Positions 56,719 to 64,000 of a DNA stretch of 64,000 nt are shown here, in pieces. Source of the DNA: a virus (Duplodnaviria; Caudoviricetes). Below the pieces are notes generated by a model. The model did no database searches. It was given only the letters and a program-made list of their open reading frames with translations, and was not told the DNA's origin. The stretch spans positions 1,885 through 65,884 of the IMG/VR virus record IMGVR_UViG_3300024283_000014; one strand, given 5' to 3'. How positions within the stretch are numbered: position 1 is the stretch's first letter; each line of letters begins with the position of its first letter. The position numbers were made by a program, and so were the translations under genes.

Positions 56719-58031
56719 TTTTTATCAAATTGCCAATTTCCTGCGATATCATGTGGATAAGGAATAACCGATTCCAGCCCGTTTTCAAATGCAAGTAATG
56801 CTTTCTTTGCTCCTGCGTCGATTGCCGACGGGGAATAAATACCCCACATCGACTTAACAATTCTTGTAAGCGGCGCAAGATTTTTCTTAATCAATTTTCG
56901 TGCGCCTTGCACATCGCAGCTATTGATTATATCTCTGACTTCTTTTTCATCTGCAAGCCAGCATAAATTGTAAAGACCTGATTCAGCGAATCGTACAGTT
57001 GCTCGCGCAAGGTCAAATACAAGCATGGTAATTGCCGGATGGCAGAGCCAGAAATTCGAGAGAACCCTGTATTCAATTCCGTGAGAAGGGAGCCGAAACT
57101 CTCCCGCACGACCATATGTGCGGCGTCTTTCGGGGTTATCAATTTCTGCTGCAAGGCTAACTCCAACGACCCCCAAAACGCCGTCGAGTGCTCGCACAAT
57201 TTGTTCAATTGCTGGAGCCGTAAAACCTCGTGTGAATCCAAGGTGGATATGGCCTCCGGCGCAGCGATATTTGTATTGTCTGGCATCTGGTATTCCATCT
57301 CCCGGATCATCGTAGATGTTGTAACTTCGTGAACAACGAAATTGAATGTGTTTGTCGTCAGCGTTCTTCAGAACGCTATCTGGAAGTTCAATGGTGTTTT
57401 TGATAGTCAATTTGGCTTGTGGGTCTTTCTTTTGTGCAAATGCAAGAATCGTCTTAAGTCCAATTCTCGTCCCATCGTGCAAGGTTTCGAGACAATTTTT
57501 TGCCCACGGCGCAAATTCAGCCTGTGCACCATCCCAATAAATAGGAACTTTTAAAGGAGAAGCATTAGAATCTACAACCCCCCATGATGCGCCTTCAACT
57601 TCGCTTTCTCCGCGTGGATGACGTTCTAATAGCCATCTCTTCGCTTGTAATCTTGAAGTTTCTTCATCGGGTAAAAATTCCCATGCCGGAAAGATTGAAC
57701 CATCTCCGTGTTCCACGAATATCTCAGGATCACAGCCGCTGCTCATTGATTTGCTAGGAAGAGGAAATTTAGCTGCAAGGAAGGCATCTGCAACGAGGGT
57801 TTGAAGCTTTTTATCTTCGACCAATTCAAATTCAGTGGTATTTACTTGATCAGGCAACGAAGTGGGAATTACTTCTTCGCCACTCACATTAAAGATAGCA
57901 GGTAGAATCGTCTTCTGGTCTGCGCTGTATTCCATTCCTGCCATTACTCCCAAGGCATTTAATCCGTATGCCCTCGGGAGTTTTATTACAGACCCCGGCG
58001 TTATTTCCTTTAAACTACATAGCTTCGACAT
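56652..58031 (-). CDS. phiEco32-like COOH-NH2 ligase type 2 (paralog 3)
   Basis: SGCDPEIF, DGAQAEF, AGGHIHLG, YGRAGEFR..SHGIEYRVLSNFW. Confidence 0.9.
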   Translation of the reverse strand: MSKLCSLKEITPGSVIKLPRAYGLNALGVMAGMEYSADQKTILPAIFNVSGEEVIPTSLPDQVNTTEFELVEDKKLQTLVADAFLAAKFPLPSKSMSSGCDPEIFVEHGDGSIFPAWEFLPDEETSRLQAKRWLLERHPRGESEVEGASWGVVDSNASPLKVPIYWDGAQAEFAPWAKNCLETLHDGTRIGLKTILAFAQKKDPQAKLTIKNTIELPDSVLKNADDKHIQFRCSRSYNIYDDPGDGIPDARQYKYRCAGGHIHLGFTRGFTAPAIEQIVRALDGVLGVVGVSLAAEIDNPERRRTYGRAGEFRLPSHGIEYRVLSNFWLCHPAITMLVFDLARATVRFAESGLYNLCWLADEKEVRDIINSCDVQGARKLIKKNLAPLTRIVKSMWGIYSPSAIDAGAKKALLAFENGLESVIPYPHDIAGNWQFDKNWLSHCRNVDASWLHLTSVRNG

Positions 58032-58252
58032 AGTTTATCCTCGCAACAGGGAGCCTTGCGGCTCATTGCAGGGAAACTACAAAATCACATCGCGTACAAA
58101 AGAATAACCAAACCAAAAAATCACACAAAGAACAAATGTTCCAAGAAGAATCAAAAAACCTATGGCCGCGACAGGTTCTGTTATACAAAGACTAAATATG
58201 CTCAATACTGCAATAATTGCACCTAATCCACCTAAACAACACAAGAATGTTT

Positions 58253-58630
58253 TCATTTTGCCTTCTTTTGTTCCTGCATAATAGCTTTTTGTTTTTGAAT
58301 CAAACTCGCTTGTACTCGCTTATGGGCTTCAATTTGCCATTCTTCACAGTCGTGCATGGCTTTTCTAAAGCCTTTGTCATCAGCCGGATACATACCGAGT
58401 GTAAAGTCCCAAGGCCCAAGTTGTTCGTTACGTTCAGCATGAGCATGTGCTCGCCATTGATCTGTTGATGTTCCCGGAGCAACAAGAACAGCTTCGTTCA
58501 CTGTGCAACCAAATTTGGTTACAGTCTCAGGATGGAAATTGGCCCACATGTCTTCCGAAAATCCTCCGGGAGGAACAGGCCGACCTTGTGGATGTGTTGA
58601 AACAAGTAGCAATAACAGTAATATTTTCAT
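58253..58630 (-). CDS. exported hypothetical protein
   Basis: MKILLLLLLVS signal-like N-terminus; GGAGG RBS. Confidence 0.65.
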   Translation of the reverse strand: MKILLLLLLVSTHPQGRPVPPGGFSEDMWANFHPETVTKFGCTVNEAVLVAPGTSTDQWRAHAHAERNEQLGPWDFTLGMYPADDKGFRKAMHDCEEWQIEAHKRVQASLIQKQKAIMQEQKKAK

Positions 58631-58716
58631 TTCGGCCTCCGTATCCGTGCAGTTACTTTATGGAAATCATTGTCGCACCAAATCAATCCGTTTCTTCCTC
58701 TGCACGAAGCATAATT

Positions 58717-58989
58717 TTATGGGTTCTTCCAGTCCGGGGGAGCACCACAACTTGCAGGAGTTGTGTACATACCTTCGTTCGCCTTCCCCTCTCGGGCGGC
58801 TTTTCGTGTCCGACGATCCATTTGTGTCCACAAGTCGATCATGCTGCGATGCATCCTAATGGCATTTTGGCAGAGAGCGTGAGCTTCAACACATACCTTG
58901 CGGAAGTCAGACGGCTTCATGATTCGCTTGGATTCAATAATGTTCTGCTCCAATCTGCGGAGTAGTTTTTCTTCGGCAATCATTCTCAC
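58717..58989 (-). CDS. hypothetical protein
   Basis: 90 aa helical. Confidence 0.5.
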   Translation of the reverse strand: MRMIAEEKLLRRLEQNIIESKRIMKPSDFRKVCVEAHALCQNAIRMHRSMIDLWTQMDRRTRKAAREGKANEGMYTTPASCGAPPDWKNP

Positions 58990-59160
58990 GATTTCATCCT
59001 CTCTTCCCTACCCGGACTAAAGGATTAGGTATCCAACCTCTAATTTGCCCTTCGCGGGTACAGCCACAGGAAAAGTTACGCTCCTCAGTTAATGGCAGAC
59101 CACAATTTAGGCAATACTCTTGGTCTACCGCGAATATCGGTCTCCCATCACCTTCCATTT

Positions 59161-59346
59161 TCATGTTGTGCGCTTTCCAGCCCGCCTTCTAACTTCGGCG
59201 GATTGTTCTTCAACCTTGCGCGAGAACTCATCCGAAAGAGGATAGTCCAAATCCATACCTTGCCATGTTGCAATGAATAGTTCTTCGTGGCAGTTTGGAC
59301 ACGTGCCGTCCAATTCGAGCCGAGTTCCGCAATCTTCGCAGATCAT
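59161..59346 (-). CDS. small zinc-ribbon protein
   Basis: MICEDCG...CPNC. Confidence 0.65.
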   Translation of the reverse strand: MICEDCGTRLELDGTCPNCHEELFIATWQGMDLDYPLSDEFSRKVEEQSAEVRRRAGKRTT

Positions 59347-59369
59347 GTTGTGCGCTCTCCAGCCTCACA

Positions 59370-59537
59370 TCAGTAAGGCTTCAGGCTTTTAGTGTGGTAC
59401 CAGTGTTCGTCCGTCACGAATTTTACCACGTAACCACCAGCACGTTTATCGGTTACGGTACCGACACACTCGCAAGATTCTCCCCGCGTTCCCGTGCGAG
59501 GCGCTAATACTTTGTCACCAATGTTGAATGTTTTCAT
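59370..59537 (-). CDS. 55-aa SH3-like protein
   Basis: MKTFNIGDKV...VGTVT...YVVKF...HWYHTKSLKPY; hand translated. Confidence 0.6.
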   Translation of the reverse strand: MKTFNIGDKVLAPRTGTRGESCECVGTVTDKRAGGYVVKFVTDEHWYHTKSLKPY

Positions 59538-60010
59538 GCTGGGCGCTCTCCAGCCAGCCAGAAGGTAAATTCAGTTATTTTGGCTGATACTTTTTCAAAG
59601 CACGCTATGTTTTGGCGCAAAGCATCTTCTAGTTCCGTTATTCGCGCTTTCAGTCCCTGTACCTGCGCTTTCGTTGCCGCATGTGATTCTATTTCCTGAA
59701 TCAAGATTTTCTTCTCGTCGAGCAAACACGACTGGTCGCCGAAACGCAGATATTGGAGCAGCAGACCATCAAAAAAGCTTGTATATCGTCTGCTGGCTGG
59801 TTGCAATACACCATCACGGACTTGGAGAGCGAATGTCGCACCAGCAACCAATAATCTACACCGCTCACACCTGGGGTTGATTATGGCTTTTCCGCACCCA
59901 ATTTCCTTGTCGTGTCCCGGTATTCCGATCTGGTGTTCTGATTGCGAAAGGAATTGTTCAAATAAATCAAACAATGAAGCCTCGGACTTGGCTAGTTGGT
60001 GTTTATTCAT
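59534..60010 (-). CDS. hypothetical coiled-coil protein
   Basis: 158 aa, coupled. Confidence 0.6.
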   Translation of the reverse strand: MNKHQLAKSEASLFDLFEQFLSQSEHQIGIPGHDKEIGCGKAIINPRCERCRLLVAGATFALQVRDGVLQPASRRYTSFFDGLLLQYLRFGDQSCLLDEKKILIQEIESHAATKAQVQGLKARITELEDALRQNIACFEKVSAKITEFTFWLAGERPA

Positions 60011-60714
60011 TTTCGTTCTACTCCTAGAAGCAGCTCGGCCTCGGCACGGGTCAAAGATTTAATCACCCATCGTAGAAAGAAGCCTTCAACATCCTTCATG
60101 GTTTCTTCGATCTTATCGAGTTGTTCTGAATCTGCTACAAACGTTCGTTCGGAAGGCTCTCCATTTTCATCTGTATAAGGGTAACCAAATATCCATTCAC
60201 CGCGCTGCAACGCTTCTTTCAGCTCCCATACCTGCGCTTCCAAATGTTGATTCGATTCAATTGCCCGTTTCCAGCCATCTACAAGACGTTCTATGCGAAA
60301 CGTAAGCAGACGATCTGCGAAGTAGGTTGAAGGAATCAACTTTACCAGTTCCGCCTCTCGCCTTCGCAGGGCTTCGCGGGCGTAGGCTTCGATTCGACTG
60401 CGGACTTCACTCTTCGGCTTCGGCCCGACCTTGCAGAAATCGCGCACCATCTCGTCAAGTAATTGTTCCGCCGTCATCACTGCTGGCTGCGCTGCGGGAG
60501 GGACGGACTCCGAAAGTAATTTCTTCGCCCAGTCAACCCAGTACGGATTTCCTCCAGCAAGGTTGTTGATGTGCTTGTATTCGTCATTCCACTCAATTGC
60601 ACACCGTAAACATTGAGCTATTTCGCTCTCGTGAATCTCGCGGATATGAGAGCTTGACTGTTCTGTCGTCAGCTCCCCGCCCCCGCTACCTACCGTCTTG
60701 ATTAGATGTTTCAT
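60007..60714 (-). CDS. mosaic hypothetical protein
   Basis: 235 aa, ATGA coupling. Confidence 0.6.
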   Translation of the reverse strand: MKHLIKTVGSGGGELTTEQSSSHIREIHESEIAQCLRCAIEWNDEYKHINNLAGGNPYWVDWAKKLLSESVPPAAQPAVMTAEQLLDEMVRDFCKVGPKPKSEVRSRIEAYAREALRRREAELVKLIPSTYFADRLLTFRIERLVDGWKRAIESNQHLEAQVWELKEALQRGEWIFGYPYTDENGEPSERTFVADSEQLDKIEETMKDVEGFFLRWVIKSLTRAEAELLLGVERK

Positions 60715-60892
60715 AAATTTTCATTTCTCGTGCTGCTTTCTTACGATTGGCTGGAGATAATACCTTCCATCTCTCTTGTTGATTTCTAATAGCTTCACAG
60801 GTAGTACATACACTGTAAGGATGACTAAAACACGTACAACGTCCACCGAACGGATGTAGATTGAACTTATCCAAGGTAGGAGTATTGCTCAT
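60686..60892 (-). CDS. small Cys/His protein
   Basis: CTC..H..CTTC. Confidence 0.5.
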   Translation of the reverse strand: MSNTPTLDKFNLHPFGGRCTCFSHPYSVCTTCEAIRNQQERWKVLSPANRKKAAREMKIYETSNQDGR

Positions 60893-61326
60893 TGCGCTCC
60901 GGCACCCTGCTTAGCAAATCCCCGTCCGCAATAGGAGCAAAATGATGGCTCTCTAACCGAACCTGTTTCGGCTCCGCATGAACACCGCCACGCTTTCATC
61001 TCTTTGGTAAAGCCATCTGCAACTCGTTCTGGGGTCATCGCCGTTTGTACTTTTGCTCCGGGACGGTCAGCCACGATTGAATCCTGAGACGCGCCGATCA
61101 CCGAGTTTCCCGTGGCCTTTGGTACGCTCGATAGGTCTTGGTTCGGCTCTAATGTCCGCGTCTCGGAAACTTTTGGGGGGTCAGCCACGCTCGGCTTAAA
61201 AACTACACAGGCCTCCCCATTATGGGCCGTAGCCGCATTTTCTCGATGTGACAAACCCGACAACTGACACGTTCCCTTACGACGAGGATCAGCCACGCTG
61301 GATTCGCGGGATTGGTTAGTCATCAC
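60889..61326 (-). CDS. hypothetical protein with internal VAD(P/R) repeats and C-terminal zinc ribbon
   Basis: SVADP, SVADP, IVADR; CSC...CSYC. Confidence 0.55.
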   Translation of the reverse strand: MMTNQSRESSVADPRRKGTCQLSGLSHRENAATAHNGEACVVFKPSVADPPKVSETRTLEPNQDLSSVPKATGNSVIGASQDSIVADRPGAKVQTAMTPERVADGFTKEMKAWRCSCGAETGSVREPSFCSYCGRGFAKQGAGAQ

Positions 61327-61526
61327 TGGTTCTGACCCCGTGATACTACATCACCCGTGGTTAAGTCCACGATTTCAAACCATTCTGTTCGAGCCTCAGC
61401 TTCCGCTTCATTCACGGTATCGAAACTACCTCGGAAATCCGACCAGCCGCCACTTGGGTAATAAATATAATTCCCAAATAACGCGTAGCGATTCATTCGC
61501 ACAGATTCACACGATTGGTTAGCCAT
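61323..61526 (-). CDS. hypothetical protein
   Basis: Start MANQ at 61526; flanked by a 32-bp direct repeat. Confidence 0.55.
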   Translation of the reverse strand: MANQSCESVRMNRYALFGNYIYYPSGGWSDFRGSFDTVNEAEAEARTEWFEIVDLTTGDVVSRGQNQ

Positions 61527-61535
61527 TATTGGTTC

Positions 61536-61555
61536 TGACCCCGTTCTATGCGAGG
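61536..61555 (-). repeat. dispersed motif A copy
   Basis: tgaccccgttctatgcgagg. Confidence 0.9.
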
Positions 61556-61861
61556 AAGAATTGCACACCCCTCACACACAGGTCGTTTGTACGACTTGTC
61601 CTTTTTATTCAACTCCCAATGACTTGCGATGTTCAATGGATGAACATAACAATGCTTAAGAGTTGCTGATTCGATGGGCAAGTATTCAAGTTCAATGTGA
61701 TACATAAGCTCTCTCTACGGGTGAAACCCGGCCTCTAGGTAGTAGCCTCTACGAAGGTGAGCAGCCGATTTCATCCCTAGACATAGTTTACAATAAAAAA
61801 GGAACAGGAATTTTAATCCTGTTCCCTTCTTCCACGTGACCTCTGGCCTTGCGGCAGAGTT

Positions 61862-62122
61862 TTACAGCCCGAAGTTGGTGCGACGCCGCGCGGGGGCAAC
61901 AGCATCTCCGACGAGCGGAGACTTGAGCCGCCACATTGCCGCAGTCTTGATGTGGCCGTAGTTCACAGTGTCGAACTCGACGGTTCCATCCCCATTGCAC
62001 TTGAAGTTGCTGATCGTCTTGTATGTGCAGGTATTGGAGTTAGGGGTAACTCCGTCGCCCGGCACGAACAAGGTAATTTCGGTCGTGGTTTGTTTCTCTT
62101 GCTCATTGTTGATTGGAGGCAT
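61862..62122 (-). CDS. hypothetical protein
   Basis: GAGGA RBS, 86 aa. Confidence 0.6.
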   Translation of the reverse strand: MPPINNEQEKQTTTEITLFVPGDGVTPNSNTCTYKTISNFKCNGDGTVEFDTVNYGHIKTAAMWRLKSPLVGDAVAPARRRTNFGL

Positions 62123-62479
62123 CGTTATTTCCTCTTCTTTGTTGGATTTGAGGCAAGTGGCTGCCCCAATAGAACGTCTTGGACGCCCTACTGCGATAGC
62201 CGTTCAAAAACTGTGAATCTTAAAAATTTATGCCCTACACCTATTGTATAGCCAGTAATCATAATGTCATTGATAATTGATATTGATTCTCTGCCCATCA
62301 ATTCATTGGGCAAGGATGGCTTCTGGTTTGGGTTACGCCATATGATTTTCATGCCTTTACCCAAATCAAATTATTGGTGTCCCAGACTTGTTTTGGCCGT
62401 TTCGGTTTCGGCCTCGAATCACCTCGCTTGAGGTTGACCTTCAATGGTCTACCGGATTGAGTTTTGGTTCTGCGAACTT

Positions 62480-62812
62480 TCATAGTAAACCTGTTAATTC
62501 TTCGGGAATTGATAAATCTTCGCCCCATCTTGTGCTGCCAGCGGGATACAAAAACAATGTGTATTCTTGCAATTTATCGTAACCTATTCCCGACCAATTG
62601 TGAGATTTCCACATGACGATTGTTTTAGCACGAGATTCAATTACATCTTTGCGATGTGCTATCGCCGCTTCTCGTAATTCCTTGTAATTCGTATGATGGT
62701 AGATATCATACCCACCACCTTCGCCATCTTCGTTCTCAACAATGAGAACATGCTCTGTAGTAGATGGCCCGTATTGGAATTTACGGAATTCGTACATTTG
62801 GAAGTCCCTCAA
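62480..62812 (-). CDS. hypothetical protein
   Basis: 110 aa. Confidence 0.6.
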   Translation of the reverse strand: MRDFQMYEFRKFQYGPSTTEHVLIVENEDGEGGGYDIYHHTNYKELREAAIAHRKDVIESRAKTIVMWKSHNWSGIGYDKLQEYTLFLYPAGSTRWGEDLSIPEELTGLL

Positions 62813-62885
62813 TAGTCTCTATGCAGTTCTCATCCCGTATGTCATCCACACGCGGCGGTCTGCATTAGAGACTAATGTGAGGCTC

Positions 62886-63089
62886 TTACTTGCCGCAACT
62901 AACCAGCAAAGAATTAGCTGCGACCTTCAATCCTGTTGGATCAGCTCCATTCAGGCACGTTACTACAACTAGGTTAGGCCCAACGTGAGAAGCCTTGGCT
63001 ATCGTTTTTGGTTTATCGACTGTCTGAGTAGCCGCGTACAGCACTACGCAAAGAGTCAACGCAGTTACAACTATTGCTGCTTTGAGCAT
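62886..63089 (-). CDS. small exported/membrane protein
   Basis: Hydrophobic N-terminus; GGAGG RBS. Confidence 0.65.
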   Translation of the reverse strand: MLKAAIVVTALTLCVVLYAATQTVDKPKTIAKASHVGPNLVVVTCLNGADPTGLKVAANSLLVSCGK

Positions 63090-63179
63090 ACTAACCTCCG
63101 TGTGAACGGCCTAGCTTTTTCACCCCAACAGTGAAGGCAGCAGTGACGGACGGCCATTAGGCCGCTCACATGGAGACTA

Positions 63180-63199
63180 GTTCCCAACTTGGGAACTCC
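63180..63199. repeat. palindrome B copy (intergenic)
   Basis: gttcccaacttgggaactcc. Confidence 0.8.
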
Positions 63200-63248
63200 T
63201 TCATATACGCGCGATATAAATAGGTACGCCCGCGCTCACGCGAGACGA

Positions 63249-63434
63249 CTATCTAATCGCTAAGTGCTTAAGAATGGCTCTTTCTGTTTCAGATTCCACT
63301 ATACTATCTCTTAGTGCAGTTCTGAGCAACACATAAGCAACTCTCAAAAGAAGTCTTAATGCTTCGTGATTCCATTTTTCGTATGTCATACTTCTCTCGG
63401 AGCATAAAAATGGCCCGGAAACGCCTCTATTCAT
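63249..63434 (-). CDS. hypothetical protein
   Basis: Probable start at MTYEK. Confidence 0.45.
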   Translation of the reverse strand: MNRGVSGPFLCSERSMTYEKWNHEALRLLLRVAYVLLRTALRDSIVESETERAILKHLAIR

Positions 63435-63448
63435 TCCCGAGCCTCGTT

Positions 63449-63700
63449 CTATGCGATGCTCTTAATCAGCACCGCATGTCTATCTACTAACGCGTCCAGA
63501 GTGGCCTCCAACAGATAAGCCAAAAACAACGAATCGTTTTCTTGCTTGGTTAATTGATTGATTCGCTGTAAATTTGGTTCAATTATCTGTCGCCTGCACA
63601 AAGGAGCAAATTCACCGTCCCATTTGTGTTCCTTGTACAGTCTTAACAACACAGCAATTTCTTCGTTGCTGAGGAGTTCACTCAAGGTTACAACCACCAC
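63449..63700 (-). CDS. hypothetical protein
   Basis: GTG start overlapping the upstream TAG. Confidence 0.55.
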   Translation of the reverse strand: MVVVTLSELLSNEEIAVLLRLYKEHKWDGEFAPLCRRQIIEPNLQRINQLTKQENDSLFLAYLLEATLDALVDRHAVLIKSIA

Positions 63701-64000
63701 TAGGCTACAGCCCCCTGCAATTCAGCAGGCAGGGGGACGGGTTTCAGCCTAGCAATGGTGACATTGGCAGTGTCTTTCGCCGCTGTCATCAGCATTCCGA
63801 TCACCCGAGTTGCAAATTCATTCCTTCGTTCTTCTGGTATCCTCTCAAGGATACTTTCAAACTTAGAAACAACTTGCATCTCAAGTGGCTCGATTTCAAA
63901 AGCACCTTCCTTGTCAGATGCTCTCAGTTTAACGAGCCTTCGTCTTTCGACTAGCAGCTCATCAATCCACTTCTTTGCGGCTTGTTCGTTCTCTGCTGGA
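63700..64000 (-). CDS. hypothetical protein, 5' end outside the window
   Basis: Open frame ...PAENEQAAKKWIDELL...AELQGAVA ending in TAG at 63700. Confidence 0.7.
   Translation of the reverse strand, partial: PAENEQAAKKWIDELLVERRRLVKLRASDKEGAFEIEPLEMQVVSKFESILERIPEERRNEFATRVIGMLMTAAKDTANVTIARLKPVPLPAELQGAVA

Larger units (their letters stand above)
59161..59555 (-). repeat. three 22-bp gene-junction repeats (GGCTGGARAGCGCMCARCATGA)
   Basis: Copies at 59161-59182, 59343-59364 and 59534-59555, each containing an RBS plus ATG. Confidence 0.85.

Noticed and set aside
1-64000. Stop-codon reassignment, or a prophage with host flanks
   Set aside because: All core genes are intact in the standard code; no host housekeeping genes, full integrase or att-like tRNA end are visible.

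Overview
This window is most of a ~64 kb tailed-phage genome with podovirus-like organisation and no rRNA, tRNA or CRISPR array visible. The + strand from 2.4 to 33.7 kb carries morphogenesis genes: TerS/TerL, an unusual run of ~20 tightly coupled mini-genes, two large signal-peptide-bearing beta-rich proteins, portal, scaffold, N4-gp56-like capsid, a lysis block, tail/adaptor genes and three ejection-type proteins. The - strand from 33.8 to 64 kb (and 1-2.2 kb) carries nucleotide-metabolism, replication and recombination genes (family A polymerase with a UDG-like N-terminus, SSB, AAA ATPase, PD-(D/E)XK nuclease), an ECF sigma factor and many small early genes. The most striking system (44.5-58 kb) is an expanded amide/peptide-ligation cluster: three phiEco32-like COOH-NH2 ligase type 2 paralogs, an ATP-grasp ligase, a class II glutamine amidotransferase, one intact GNAT and four GNAT-derived mini-proteins lacking the CoA-binding loop. 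Non-coding signals read by eye include a 20-bp asymmetric motif (CCTCGC-N3-RAACGGGGT) in 17 copies across the genome in both orientations, a bipartite promoter (GTAATAA-N15/16-GTCTAAA) in 6 copies, a 17-bp palindrome in 5 copies, and a three-way-junction RNA candidate with anti-Shine-Dalgarno-like loops. Both window ends cut - strand ORFs. Protein family names come from recalled motifs, not database searches. An Acidobacteriota host is a tentative inference.
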